The position numbers were made by a program, and so were the translations under genes. Under the pieces are notes generated by a model. The model was not told the origin of the DNA and searched no databases. It saw only the letters and a list, made by a program, of their open reading frames with translations. 64,000 nt of DNA, from contig CAZJBB010000002.1 of assembly GCA_964543995.1 (NCBI GenBank), forward strand, positions 2,757 to 66,756. The letters run 5' to 3'. This stretch comes from an uncultured Bacteroidales bacterium (GTDB lineage: Bacteria > Bacteroidota > Bacteroidia > Bacteroidales > CAIXTV01). The first letter of the stretch is position 1. The number at the start of each line of letters is the position of its first letter. Below are positions 45,483 through 56,047 of the stretch, one piece after another.

Positions 45483-46799
45483 TTACTTACGCGAAGAAAG
45501 CCAAATACTTGGATTTAATATCACCTTGTTATTCCAAATTTCAAAGTGAAGTTCTGTTTTAGACTCTGAAGATTCGCAGTGTATTGAACCAATAGATTGT
45601 TTGGTTTTGATTTTATCTCCACTTTTAACATAAGCCGTTTCAATATTTGAATACACGCTTAAATAACTGCCGTGACGAATAATAATCGCTTTTTGGGAGT
45701 TTGGTAAAGAGATTACACCGGTTACTACTCCATTAAAAACCGCACGGGCAACAGAACCTTTTTCGGTTAAAATGTCTACTCCATTATTTTTGGTAGTAAT
45801 ACCACGAAGTATCGGATGTGGATGCTCTCCAAAAGTGTTCGAAACAAATCCTTTTTCAGTGGGCCAAGGTAGCTTTCCTTTATTATTCGTAAAACTGTTG
45901 TCAAGTTCTACCTCCAAAGGGGTAAGTTCTAATTTATTGGAAGGAGGAGGGGTATCTGCTTTTTTGACCACATTTACTTTAACAGTTGGATTTGTTTTTT
46001 TAATTGAGTTTTTCAAAGCTTTGGCGGCCGCTTTTTTAATTTCTTCGGCAATGAGGTTTTCAATGGCCTTTTGAAGCTTTTTAGATACGGCTTCCTTTTC
46101 TCTAAGTGTGGATAAAAGCTCTTTTTCTTTTTTCTTAAGCTTGCCAATTGTGGCATTTTGCTCTTCTTGTTCTTTCGTTAATTTGGTCTTTTCGTTTACT
46201 TGCCTGTTTACTAAAGTAACTTTATCTTGCTTTTTAACCTGAAGATTGTTTAAATTTTGATTTATCTGATGTTGTGTGTTTTGAATCAACTCAGCTTGCT
46301 TTTTTCTATAGGTAGAGTATTGTTGAAAATACTTTAATCTCATATAAGCTTGGTTAAAATCCTTTGAAGCAAAAACAAACATAAGCTTGTCGTATGAGTT
46401 CCTGTTTATGTAGGCGGAATAAATCATTTTAGCATATTCCGTTTTGAGCACTTTTAATTGGTTGGTGAGTTGGTCTATTTCCTGTAAATGATTATGAATT
46501 TCACCGTCTAATTCGTCAAGTTCACTATTAATGTTATTAATGAGTTCTTCCCTTTTTTGGATTTGGTTTTTTAATATATTAATTTGATTTATAGAGGCTT
46601 GCTTATTTTTCTTGGTTTCAGAAAGCAACTTAGTGGTGTACTCAATCTCCTTTTCGATTTGCTTTTTGGTCTGTTGAAGCTTGGCCTTTTTATCCTGTGA
46701 ATAAGAATTTAACGGAAAATATAGTTGAATCCCTGAAAAAATTAAGAAGAAAAGGAAAATACTAAACTTAGAGATTGGGCTTTTCAAGACTTTTTGCAA
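45483..46799 (-). CDS. EnvC-like murein hydrolase activator (coiled coil plus degenerate M23/LytM domain)
   Basis: Roughly 250-aa coiled coil, then a LytM domain ending TELHFEIW. The first His of the HxH motif is replaced. Confidence 0.8.
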   Translation of the reverse strand: MQKVLKSPISKFSIFLFFLIFSGIQLYFPLNSYSQDKKAKLQQTKKQIEKEIEYTTKLLSETKKNKQASINQINILKNQIQKREELINNINSELDELDGEIHNHLQEIDQLTNQLKVLKTEYAKMIYSAYINRNSYDKLMFVFASKDFNQAYMRLKYFQQYSTYRKKQAELIQNTQHQINQNLNNLQVKKQDKVTLVNRQVNEKTKLTKEQEEQNATIGKLKKKEKELLSTLREKEAVSKKLQKAIENLIAEEIKKAAAKALKNSIKKTNPTVKVNVVKKADTPPPSNKLELTPLEVELDNSFTNNKGKLPWPTEKGFVSNTFGEHPHPILRGITTKNNGVDILTEKGSVARAVFNGVVTGVISLPNSQKAIIIRHGSYLSVYSNIETAYVKSGDKIKTKQSIGSIHCESSESKTELHFEIWNNKVILNPSIWLSSRK

Positions 46800-47466
46800 T
46801 TAAACATTTACAAAATTACAAATATTGAAGGAAATTAAAACATTATTTTTCATTCCAAAGGCAAAATGCAAGCTATGTAATGACTGCTCAATCATTTTGT
46901 AGCATTTGTTATCTCATTAATGTAGATTATTATTTAGTTGTCAACTGAATTTGAACATTTTGCGACAAATTACTCGACTAGAAATGTTAAATAAATCATA
47001 AAGTTTTTGCAGCGCTAATAAACGCCTGTAAATCAGGTATATAAATTCGGCTTCTTGAAGTTCTTTAAGGTGTTGATTTTAAATCTATAACTAAACCACT
47101 CATGAAAAATCATTGTTTTCAAGGTTTTATAACCTAAAATCGATTATTTAAAAAACCACCTCTTGATAAATTGATTTTGGAAATTGGCATTCACATTTTA
47201 AAATGAAATTCTCGCAGATTATTATTTAAATTATTTGTATTCAAGAAACGAAAAACATCATGTGTGTTGATTATCAGCAATATAAGTATTTGTCTCTAAA
47301 ATTTAGCATACAAAATGTTCTATTATAACATGCAAACTATAATTAATACCACATGATATGTTAGAGGTAAAACATGTAATCATGATTTTTTACGATGCCT
47401 TAATTTTATTTATTACGAACTTTTACTGCAATATTTAAAGGCTTGATATTCAGTATAATATAGCCT

Positions 47467-47474
47467 TATATTTG
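47467..47474 (+). promoter_or_regulatory. -7 promoter box TATATTTG upstream of the 576-aa secreted protein gene
   Basis: 58 nt upstream of the ATG at 47532. Confidence 0.3.
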
Positions 47475-47531
47475 TTTTGTCAAACAGATATAAATTATTG
47501 AAAATTCAATAGAATTAAATTTTAAAAACAA

Positions 47532-49262
47532 ATGGCCATGAAAAAAATATCCACCCTTTTACTATCGGTTTTTGTTTCAATTTCAATATGTGCTCAAACC
47601 CCAAACGTACTTCGTCTAAAAATTGTAGGAGCCGGCACTTCTGATGAAACGGTTATGCGTTTAAAATCAGGAGCCACTTTTGGTTTCGATGGAAACTATG
47701 ATGCATTTAAGTTGATTTCAACATTGGCACCCCAGATATACAGTGTATTGACTGATGGTACTATGCTGTCTATAAATTCTATTCCTTTAGCTACTTCAGA
47801 ATATGAATTTCCTATAAGTATTCGGGTTTACTCTGAGGGTCTGTACAACATTAATTCAACCGGAATGCTATCATTAAGTTCTTCAATCGGTCTGTATCTT
47901 ATCGACAGATCAACGAACACCATTAGAAACTTAAGAAGAGATTCACTTTATACCATTGCAGCTAAACCTTCTGATAATTATGATCGTTTTATTATGAAAC
48001 TTACTTCAAGACCGGCCAATCCATCTACTTTCTCCGCAATAGCTGCAAATTCAAATCAAATTGATTTGTCCATTATCCCCAATTCGGCAAACAGTAATAT
48101 GGTAGTAGTTTATAATACTACAGGTTACTTTACAACACCTATTGATGGCATTGCTGCTGGAGCTACTAACACAAGTTTTGGTGGAGGAACTATTCTATAT
48201 AATGGAGTGGGCACTATATCTATCAGCCATCTCGGTTTAATCCCTAATCAACGTATTTATTATAAAGTGTTCCAATACAATAGCATGAATATGTTTTCTA
48301 CGGGAAGCACAGCGAATGCTTTAACCCCATTACAACCTATCATATCCACAGCAAGTGATTTAATCAGTTTTGAAAACCAAGCCATAAATACGTTCTCTTC
48401 TGCGCAAAGTTTTAGTGTTTCAGGAAGCAATTTATCTTCAAACATGACGATTATTCCTCCAGCAAGGTTCCAAATTTCAACCTTAAGCGGGACAAACTTT
48501 ATTCCCTCAGATTCAATAGTATTGTCTCCAGTATCAGGAACAATTTCCACCACCAATTTATACATTCGATTCAATCCCAATGAACCCAAAACATATAGTG
48601 AAAATATTACAGTGAAATGCAGTGGTGTTGCAAATCACATTCCAGTTTCAGGAATTGGAATTAGCCTAACTAAAACGGTCACTTTAAAGCTTTATTTGGA
48701 AGGATTGTATTATGCACCAACAGGGATGATGAATGAGGTTATGGACGGGAATACAAATTTACCTGCATGGGGATATGGAATTGCCGATAAAATCCAAGTC
48801 GAATTAAGGGAAAGTGCCTCTCCACATAATGTAGCCTTTATGGTTAATGATTTAGATTTGAGCACTAATGGATTTGCATCATTTGATATTCCTTCTACCT
48901 TTAGTGGAAACTACTTCATTAATGTTAACAATCGTAATCATTTGGAAACTTGGTCATCTACCGCTATTTCTTTTACCGGAAATGCAATTCAATATGTTTT
49001 TTCCGATGGTATGGATAAAGCTTATGGCACAAATGCTCAAACCCAATTAGAAACTGGTATTTATGGACTTCTCTTGGGTGATTTAAACCAAGATGGCACC
49101 GTAGATTTAAATGATTATTCTTTATTTGAACCCGATTTAACCAATGGATCCACCGGGTACCTTATTTCTGATTTTGACGGAAATGGCTATGTCGACTTAA
49201 TCGATTTTGGTATTTTCTCTGATAGACTTGCAAGCGGTACAACTTCTCAATTTCCTGAATAA
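47532..49262 (+). CDS. Secreted protein of unknown function with a C-terminal dockerin-like double Ca-binding repeat
   Basis: Signal peptide ...SISICA|QTPN. Beta-rich Ig-like body. C-terminal GDLNQDGTVDLNDYSLF and DFDGNGYVDLIDFGIF. Confidence 0.7.
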   Translation: MAMKKISTLLLSVFVSISICAQTPNVLRLKIVGAGTSDETVMRLKSGATFGFDGNYDAFKLISTLAPQIYSVLTDGTMLSINSIPLATSEYEFPISIRVYSEGLYNINSTGMLSLSSSIGLYLIDRSTNTIRNLRRDSLYTIAAKPSDNYDRFIMKLTSRPANPSTFSAIAANSNQIDLSIIPNSANSNMVVVYNTTGYFTTPIDGIAAGATNTSFGGGTILYNGVGTISISHLGLIPNQRIYYKVFQYNSMNMFSTGSTANALTPLQPIISTASDLISFENQAINTFSSAQSFSVSGSNLSSNMTIIPPARFQISTLSGTNFIPSDSIVLSPVSGTISTTNLYIRFNPNEPKTYSENITVKCSGVANHIPVSGIGISLTKTVTLKLYLEGLYYAPTGMMNEVMDGNTNLPAWGYGIADKIQVELRESASPHNVAFMVNDLDLSTNGFASFDIPSTFSGNYFINVNNRNHLETWSSTAISFTGNAIQYVFSDGMDKAYGTNAQTQLETGIYGLLLGDLNQDGTVDLNDYSLFEPDLTNGSTGYLISDFDGNGYVDLIDFGIFSDRLASGTTSQFPE

Positions 49263-49335
49263 TTCTTTTGTTCTGTCAGTTTAAAATCCAAAACAAAGAA
49301 TTATCGCATTTGAATATTTAATCGTTTCGTTTTAG

Positions 49336-49343
49336 TAGTTTTG
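49336..49343 (+). promoter_or_regulatory. -7 promoter box TAGTTTTG upstream of lgt
   Basis: 13 nt before the ATG at 49356. Confidence 0.4.
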
Positions 49344-49355
49344 TAAAAAAAACTA

Positions 49356-50168
49356 ATGACAATTCTTTCCTTTGTTTGGGATGCCAATCCTGAGATTTTC
49401 AGAATAGGGAGTTTCGCTATTCGATGGTATGGTTTATTGTTTGCTCTCGGCTTTTATTTTAGCTATCTAATTGTTGGCCAATTCTTTAAATACGAAAAGT
49501 TGGATTTGCGATTGGTGGATAGCCTAACCGTTTATATGGTTGCAGGAACGGTACTAGGAGCTAGGCTGGGACATGTGTTTTTCTATGAACCTGAAGTATA
49601 TCTGCGCGATCCCATTAAAATTTTATATGTATGGGAAGGAGGTCTGGCAAGTCATGGAGGGGCTATTGGAGTGTTGTTGGCCGTATATCTTTTTTCAAGG
49701 AAACATAAATTATCCTACATTTGGGTATTAGACAGAGTGGTAATTGTAACTGCCATGACCGGAATGTTTATCCGAACCGGAAACCTGATGAATTCTGAAA
49801 TTTATGGCAAACCGACCCAATTGCCTTGGGCATTTGAATTTATTCGAGTTGACAATCTTCCAAGGCACCCAACCCAAATATATGAAGCAATTGCTTATCT
49901 ATTAATATTTCTATTGTTATTGACATATTATTTAAAGGCAAAAGGAAAACCCATTAGCGGGGTCTTATTCTCTGCATTTCTCATCTTACTGTTTACTGTT
50001 CGTTTTTGCATTGAGTTCATAAAAGACACCCAAGTAGATTTCGAAAAATCAATGACCCTGAATATGGGACAGTGGTTGAGTCTGCCTTTTATATTAACAG
50101 GAATGGGTTTGATGTATTATTATTTATTGCAGTATAAAAAAGTAGCGCTTCGTACTAAAAGATCATAA
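49356..50168 (+). CDS. lgt: Prolipoprotein diacylglyceryl transferase
   Basis: IRWYGLLFALGF ... GGLASHGGAIG ... HPTQIYEA motifs. Confidence 0.9.
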   Translation: MTILSFVWDANPEIFRIGSFAIRWYGLLFALGFYFSYLIVGQFFKYEKLDLRLVDSLTVYMVAGTVLGARLGHVFFYEPEVYLRDPIKILYVWEGGLASHGGAIGVLLAVYLFSRKHKLSYIWVLDRVVIVTAMTGMFIRTGNLMNSEIYGKPTQLPWAFEFIRVDNLPRHPTQIYEAIAYLLIFLLLLTYYLKAKGKPISGVLFSAFLILLFTVRFCIEFIKDTQVDFEKSMTLNMGQWLSLPFILTGMGLMYYYLLQYKKVALRTKRS

Positions 50169-50250
50169 AGCATAATTAGTAGAAATTTTTGTTTTATTTT
50201 AAGGTTCACAAACAATCATATAATCAATAATACTCAAAAAACACTGGTTT

Positions 50251-51003
50251 ATGAAAACAAACAAACTCGTACTCATACGTCATGGCGAAAGCCAATGGAA
50301 CAAGGAAAACCGCTTTACAGGTTGGACTGATGTGGATTTATCAGAAAAAGGGCAACAGGAAGCCAAAGATGCCGGTAAGTTGCTTAAAAATGAAGGGTTT
50401 CATTTTAAAGTAGCCTATACATCCTATTTAAAAAGGGCTATTCATACGCTGAATAATATTTTAGATGAAATGGACTTGGTTTGGATACCGGTTTATAAAA
50501 CTTGGCGTCTCAACGAAAAGCATTATGGTATTCTTCAAGGGCTTAATAAAACCGAAATGGTTGAAAAACATGGAGAGCAGCAAGTTTTACTTTGGAGAAG
50601 GAGCTATGACCTTGCACCACCCCCTTTGGAAGAAAAAGATTCTACGAATCCTAAAAACGACATTAAGTATAAAGATTTGACGGAGGCTGGCGCTCGGCCG
50701 GCAACAGAATCATTAAAAGATACTGTAAACAGAATTGTACCTTATTGGGAAGAAGAAATGGTTCCGGCACTTAAGAAACATCAGCAAATTTTAGTAGCTG
50801 CTCATGGAAATAGCCTCAGAGGAATCATTAAGCATATCAAAAACATCAGCAACGAAGATATTATTAGCCTAAACCTTCCAACAGGAGTGCCTTATGTGTT
50901 TGAATTCGATGATAATATGCAGTTAATGTCCGATTATTTCCTTGGAGATGCTGAGGAAATTAAAAAACTAATGGATGCTGTGGCAAATCAAACTAAAAAG
51001 TAG
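50251..51003 (+). CDS. gpmA: 2,3-bisphosphoglycerate-dependent phosphoglycerate mutase
   Basis: [18 protein letters not shown] ... ERHYG-like NEKHYG ... VAAHGNSLR. Confidence 0.95.
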   Translation: MKTNKLVLIRHGESQWNKENRFTGWTDVDLSEKGQQEAKDAGKLLKNEGFHFKVAYTSYLKRAIHTLNNILDEMDLVWIPVYKTWRLNEKHYGILQGLNKTEMVEKHGEQQVLLWRRSYDLAPPPLEEKDSTNPKNDIKYKDLTEAGARPATESLKDTVNRIVPYWEEEMVPALKKHQQILVAAHGNSLRGIIKHIKNISNEDIISLNLPTGVPYVFEFDDNMQLMSDYFLGDAEEIKKLMDAVANQTKK

Positions 51004-52775
51004 TGAAAAACAAAGTAGCGTTTGCTGTTGTAATCCTATGCTTTTTAAATTTGATTAAGATTTCGGCACAAAGCTTTGAAACCTATTATGAAAAATCAGG
51101 TTTTAAGAAAACAGCCTCCTATGACGAAGTGGTTCGCTATTGTAAATTACTTTCCAAATCTTCGAAATGTACTCAATTTTCTTTTTTCGGAAAAAGCCCA
51201 CAGGGAAGAGGTTTGCCACTGCTTATTGTAAAAACCCCAAATCCTAATAAAACAAAAAAGGATAAACCTTACGTTCTCATTCAAGCATGCATACACGCAG
51301 GAGAACCTGATGGAAAAGAAGCCGGATTGATGCTGATAAGAGACATCATCACAAACAAAACGCTACAGCATCTTATTGAAAAGCTTAACATATTATTTAT
51401 TCCCATTTTTAATGTAGATGGACACGAGCGCTTTGGTCCGTTTAATCGCATCAACCAAAATGGTCCGGACTCTACCGGATGGAGAACCACAGCTCAAAAT
51501 TATAACCTCAATCGAGATTTTATGAAGGCGGATGCCCCGGAAACTCAAAGTTGGCTAAAACTATTTAACAGGTATAAACCGGTTATGGTTATTGATTGTC
51601 ATGTTACCGATGGGGCTGATTATCAGTATTCATTAACTTATGGATTAGAAAATCAAGGAAATATTCCTGCTCCTGTTACGGACTGGATTAATAAGCAATA
51701 TTTGCCAACATTGGAGAAAAGAATGAATCAGTTAAATCTTCCTCTTATACCCTATATCTCTTTCCGAGAATGGCACGACCCTAGAAGTGGACTGGAAAGC
51801 TGGATTTCTCCACCCATGTTATGCAATGGTTATGTAGCGCTCCAAAATCGCCCTTGTTTACTTATAGAAACACACATGCTGAAAGATTATAAAACCAGGG
51901 TAAACGCGACGTATAAAATGATTGAAAATACCTTGAGCATCGTAAATGAGCGTATAGAATCGCTAACTGCATCTATTAAAGCTGCAGATTCGATAGTCAT
52001 GAGCTCTGAATTTAGGAAACAGGAGTATGCCTTAGATTACCTCCCAGGAAAAGACAGTGTAATGATAGATTTTCTTGGTTTTGAGTATGATAGTAAGAAA
52101 AGTGATCTTTCGGGTGGACTCTGGTTTAGCTATTCAAATATACCGACTACATTTAAAATTCCATACTTCAATCAACAAATAGCCAATCAAAAAGCAAAAC
52201 TCCCCGAAGCATACATTATTCCACCAGAATGGATTGAAGTAATTAATAAAACAAAACTTCATGCTGTACCTATGCACATTTTAAAGAAATCGGTTCAGAT
52301 AAAAGTAAGCCTTATGAAATTTAAAGATGTGAAGTGGGATGCTCGCCCCTACGAGGGCAGGCAGAAAGTGCATAGTTTTACTTACGATACAGTGGAATCT
52401 TTTCAAACTTTTCCTGCGGGTTCGGTTGTTATCGATATGAATCAGCCTGCAGCCTTGCTTGCTGCGCATCTTTTTGAACCAAATGCTCCCGATTCTTATA
52501 TTAAATGGGGATTTTTCAATACTATTTTTCAACAAAAAGAGTATGCTGAATCCTATGTGATGGAAAAACTGGCTAGAGAAATGCTTCAGCAAAATTCCGA
52601 GTTAAAAATTGCGTTTGAAAAGAAAAAGCAAATGGATTCAAGCTTTGCCAGTAATCCGGAAGAAATTCTCAATTGGTTTTATGCCCATTCTCCATGGTGG
52701 GATCAAAAACTCAATCTCTATCCTGTGGGAAAAGTTTTTGATCACTTAGAATTAAAGAAGCTTTTGTCGCAATAA
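51003..52775 (+). CDS. M14 family zinc carboxypeptidase-like protein
   Basis: IHAGEPDG (HxxE zinc motif), NVDGHER and NLNRDF. Signal peptide ...KISA|QS. The GTG start shares 1 nt with the gpmA stop. Confidence 0.85.
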   Translation: MKNKVAFAVVILCFLNLIKISAQSFETYYEKSGFKKTASYDEVVRYCKLLSKSSKCTQFSFFGKSPQGRGLPLLIVKTPNPNKTKKDKPYVLIQACIHAGEPDGKEAGLMLIRDIITNKTLQHLIEKLNILFIPIFNVDGHERFGPFNRINQNGPDSTGWRTTAQNYNLNRDFMKADAPETQSWLKLFNRYKPVMVIDCHVTDGADYQYSLTYGLENQGNIPAPVTDWINKQYLPTLEKRMNQLNLPLIPYISFREWHDPRSGLESWISPPMLCNGYVALQNRPCLLIETHMLKDYKTRVNATYKMIENTLSIVNERIESLTASIKAADSIVMSSEFRKQEYALDYLPGKDSVMIDFLGFEYDSKKSDLSGGLWFSYSNIPTTFKIPYFNQQIANQKAKLPEAYIIPPEWIEVINKTKLHAVPMHILKKSVQIKVSLMKFKDVKWDARPYEGRQKVHSFTYDTVESFQTFPAGSVVIDMNQPAALLAAHLFEPNAPDSYIKWGFFNTIFQQKEYAESYVMEKLAREMLQQNSELKIAFEKKKQMDSSFASNPEEILNWFYAHSPWWDQKLNLYPVGKVFDHLELKKLLSQ

Positions 52776-52790
52776 AAAACCGCGCTAATA

Positions 52791-52824
52791 AAAAAGCCGT
52801 TAGGATATATGCTAACGGCTTTTT
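52791..52824. terminator. Bidirectional rho-independent terminator between convergent genes
   Basis: 13-bp stem aaaaagccgttag / ctaacggcttttt. A/T runs on both sides allow function on either strand. Confidence 0.75.
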
Positions 52825-52833
52825 GAATTTCTT

Positions 52834-53559
52834 TTATTTCCTATTCCCTAAGAAGCGGAGTAAGAATAAAAAGAGGTTGATAAAATCCAAGTAAAGTGTG
52901 AGAGCACCCATAATGGTTAGTTTTCGGGTAGATTCGCTTCCCAACTCGGCAGAGGCTCCAATTCGTTTAATTTTTTGAACATCCCAAGCAGTTAAACCTG
53001 TGAAAACCAATACTCCGATAAAGCTAATAATATAGTCCATTTGTGAACTTTGCAAGAACATGTTTACCAAAGATGCAATGACGATTCCAATTAAACCCAT
53101 AATCATAATTGAACCAAATTTCGAAAGGTCAACCTTGGTAGTATAACCTGCCACTGCCATAATGCCAAACATTCCTGCCGTTATGGCAAAAGTAGTCCCT
53201 ACGGATGCAGCTGTGTAAATTAATAGTATAAAGCTTAAGCTCATCCCTGTGATGATAGAATACACTATAAATAAAACAGTCAATGCTCCGGCTGATAATT
53301 TATTAAAGCCCAATGACATCAATAGCACAAAACCTAGAGGGGATAACATTACTAACCATCCTAAAGGCGACAAACCTGTTTCGCTAATAAGTAGTGATAG
53401 TAATGAGGGGCTGGATGCAAAATAGTAAGCTGTAACTGAAGTAGCTGCTAAAGCTAAAAACATCCATGAAAACACATTGGCAACAAAAGTTTTTGCCACG
53501 GTAATATTTTCAGCTTTTGGCTGAATTATTTGAAAAGGATTTTGATTGTGCTCATTCAT
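52834..53559 (-). CDS. Bax inhibitor-1/YccA family membrane protein
   Basis: Seven TM segments, VANVFSWMFLAL..., and the charged C-terminal tail typical of the family. The ATG at 53559 is preferred over the TTG at 53598. Confidence 0.85.
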   Translation of the reverse strand: MNEHNQNPFQIIQPKAENITVAKTFVANVFSWMFLALAATSVTAYYFASSPSLLSLLISETGLSPLGWLVMLSPLGFVLLMSLGFNKLSAGALTVLFIVYSIITGMSLSFILLIYTAASVGTTFAITAGMFGIMAVAGYTTKVDLSKFGSIMIMGLIGIVIASLVNMFLQSSQMDYIISFIGVLVFTGLTAWDVQKIKRIGASAELGSESTRKLTIMGALTLYLDFINLFLFLLRFLGNRK

Positions 53560-53612
53560 ATATATCGGTTTTAAAATTTCAAAGGGTGGTTTTATCAATA
53601 ATTATGCCACTT

Positions 53613-54251
53613 TCAGTGTAAATCGGCGCTGATAAGGTGCATAAATTCTTGGCGTGTTTTGTCGATTAAAAAGGCACCGGTGAAGTCAGAAGTGGTGGTT
53701 ACAGAATTTTGCTTTTGAATTCCTCGCATAGCCATGCATAAGTGTTGAGCCTCAATGACCACAGCAACGCCCAAGGGGTTTAAAGTGTTTTGAATACATT
53801 CTTTGATTTGCATGGTTAAACGTTCTTGCACCTGTAATCTGCGAGCAAATGCATCCACAATGCGCGGGATTTTGCTCAATCCAACAATATATCCATTGGG
53901 TATATAAGCTACATGCGCTTTCCCAAAGAATGGTATCATGTGGTGCTCACACATTGAATAAATTTCTATATCCTTAACCAAGACCATTTGTCGGTAATCT
54001 TCTTTAAACATAGCCGATCGTAAAATATCTTCAGGGACGAGGTCGTACCCGTGAGTTAAAAACTGAATGGCTTTTGCAACGCGAGTTGGGGTATCAATTA
54101 ACCCATCTCTTTCCGGGTTTTCGCCAATAATTTTTAATATTTCGGTATAATGGGGTTTTAGCTTATCAATGAGCTCGTAATTGTATTGTTCTACCCTTTC
54201 GTATCCATCCATCATATTTTGCTTACCCATATCGTTCACGGAGTTATTCAT
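53613..54251 (-). CDS. folE: GTP cyclohydrolase I (FolE)
   Basis: [12 protein letters not shown] ... [20 protein letters not shown] ... QVQERLT. Confidence 0.95.
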   Translation of the reverse strand: MNNSVNDMGKQNMMDGYERVEQYNYELIDKLKPHYTEILKIIGENPERDGLIDTPTRVAKAIQFLTHGYDLVPEDILRSAMFKEDYRQMVLVKDIEIYSMCEHHMIPFFGKAHVAYIPNGYIVGLSKIPRIVDAFARRLQVQERLTMQIKECIQNTLNPLGVAVVIEAQHLCMAMRGIQKQNSVTTTSDFTGAFLIDKTRQEFMHLISADLH

Positions 54252-54299
54252 CGTCGTTATTATTTAGTTTTATTTTAGAAAATCAAAGAAAAAGAAATC

Positions 54300-54713
54300 T
54301 TAAGTACCAAAGTACTCAACGTAATTATTTTCGGTTTCACACAATTTCACTGAATGCAAGCAAACCATTTCGTTGTCGATTTGAGGTTGAAGTTCATGAA
54401 AAATAGCCACAGCTAAATTTTCAGTTGAAGCGAGTTTCCCTTTCATAAAATTAACCTCTAAATTAATGTTTTTGTGATCTATTTTCTCAATGACATAAAG
54501 GTTGATAATTTCGCTCAATTTTTTTAAATTCATCACAAAACCGGTATGAGGCTCCACTTCGCCTTTAATGGTAACCAGTAGTTCGTAATTATGGCCATGC
54601 CAGTTCGGATTAGAGCACTTACCAAATACTTCAAGGTTTTGGGCGTCTGTAAAATCTTCTCTAAAAATGCGGTGAGCTGCATTAAAATGCTCTTTTCGAG
54701 TGATGAACACCAT
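54300..54713 (-). CDS. queD: 6-carboxy-5,6,7,8-tetrahydropterin synthase (QueD / PTPS family)
   Basis: FNAAHR ... CSNPNWHGHNY (Cys plus HGH zinc motif). 137 aa, adjacent to folE. Confidence 0.85.
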   Translation of the reverse strand: MVFITRKEHFNAAHRIFREDFTDAQNLEVFGKCSNPNWHGHNYELLVTIKGEVEPHTGFVMNLKKLSEIINLYVIEKIDHKNINLEVNFMKGKLASTENLAVAIFHELQPQIDNEMVCLHSVKLCETENNYVEYFGT

Positions 54714-54722
54714 AATTACTCT

Positions 54723-54730
54723 TATTTTTG
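54723..54730 (+). promoter_or_regulatory. -7 promoter box TATTTTTG upstream of 54777
   Basis: 47 nt upstream of the ATG at 54777. Confidence 0.35.
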
Positions 54731-54776
54731 CTTAAGCAAAGGTAACAAATTTTCCGTGTTATTGTGCTTCGTCTAA

Positions 54777-55415
54777 ATGAAGAAATTTTCTATTACTTGG
54801 ATTATATTCCTCTTCACTTTTTCAGCCAAGGCTCAGCTTCCATTAGTGTCGCAGTTTTTGCAACTGAAATTTCCTGAGAAATTATGGGCTTTGAAACATC
54901 TACAAAAAGCAAAAATAATCTATTATATTAGCCTTGAAGCCCGAAAAACGACTGACAGCTTAGCGAAAGTTTATTTTTTAGACGGCGATACGGACGGTGG
55001 ACAATTGGATGCTTTTCGACATGGTTTTTGGATGGCGATGCTCACCCGATATATGTCTCCAGAAGATTGCAAAACCTTGGGCATTGCACTTGAGAAATCA
55101 AATAACATTGATTTTAAGCGACGACAAAAAGATGAGCGCTCCCTTCCTGATAAAGCCGCTTCTGATATGGACTTATGGAACAATGAAATAGGGATTAAAA
55201 TTGGATTAAGGTTCCCAGATATACCCATGGACTCTCTCCATAAAATCATTTGCAGATATATTATAAATGGAGAAATGAAAGTGGTTAAGAAAAACAGTAA
55301 TGGTGCCTCAATCGATCAAAACAACCGACTCATTCCTATTAAAAGTCTGCAACACACTTGGGATACTCCAAGATTGTTGGTGCCTTCAAATTTTGTAAGA
55401 CCAAACGGATTATAA
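54777..55415 (+). CDS. Secreted hypothetical protein (DAFRHGFWMAML motif)
   Basis: Signal peptide ...FSAKA|QLPL. No catalytic motif recognised. I weakly recall a DUF family with the motif AFRHxxW. Confidence 0.65.
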   Translation: MKKFSITWIIFLFTFSAKAQLPLVSQFLQLKFPEKLWALKHLQKAKIIYYISLEARKTTDSLAKVYFLDGDTDGGQLDAFRHGFWMAMLTRYMSPEDCKTLGIALEKSNNIDFKRRQKDERSLPDKAASDMDLWNNEIGIKIGLRFPDIPMDSLHKIICRYIINGEMKVVKKNSNGASIDQNNRLIPIKSLQHTWDTPRLLVPSNFVRPNGL

Positions 55416-56018
55416 TGATAAAGCAGAAAGGACGATGATTGTAAATACAGCAGTGGAATACCCGCTTATCAATGCATTATTAATTTTCCTAAGATTCGAT
55501 TTTTTCTTAAACCCAAGGATGAAATAATGGTTGTTTTTTAAATTCTCCGGCAAATCCTTATACCTGTCAAGTGTTGGGGATTTGATAGTTACAAAAAAAG
55601 CATATACGGCCGGAATGGGAAGCGAAAAAAATCCCAAGGCACTTCCAGCGACACCAGAAAGTATTCCGCCAAAAGTAACCGGTTTCGAATAATAGTTTTT
55701 AATTGCAAATTGTTCCCCTTGAATAAAATATTTCATTTGTTCAGGTGTGAGACTAAAATAGGTTAATGAGTCTTGTTTGTAAAAAATTTTCTCCACACAA
55801 TTGGTTCCGGAGACTGAAAAAACACCTTCATAGGATATTTTTTTTAGCTTTGTTTTTCCCCTTTTTTGAATCTCAATGGAAATATTATCCGAATTACAAT
55901 TCAGCACCTTACCAATAATCTCTTTCCCATTTATGAAACGAATGGTGTCTTGAGCTTTGGAGGAATGTACGGAAAATAAAATAAAAGCAATAAGAACTTT
56001 ACAAAGGGAATTCAACAT
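55410..56018 (-). CDS. Hypothetical membrane-anchored protein
   Basis: Signal peptide ...SSKA|QDTI, and two to three C-terminal hydrophobic segments. Confidence 0.6.
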   Translation of the reverse strand: MLNSLCKVLIAFILFSVHSSKAQDTIRFINGKEIIGKVLNCNSDNISIEIQKRGKTKLKKISYEGVFSVSGTNCVEKIFYKQDSLTYFSLTPEQMKYFIQGEQFAIKNYYSKPVTFGGILSGVAGSALGFFSLPIPAVYAFFVTIKSPTLDRYKDLPENLKNNHYFILGFKKKSNLRKINNALISGYSTAVFTIIVLSALSL

Positions 56019-56047
56019 TGGATTTAGTGCTAATGAAATAAAGGGCG

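Noticed and set aside
46923-47229. 13-nt direct repeat agattattattta (near 46923 and 47215) as invertible-promoter or insertion boundaries
   Set aside because: The repeat is direct rather than inverted, all A/T-rich, and short. No recombinase gene is nearby.
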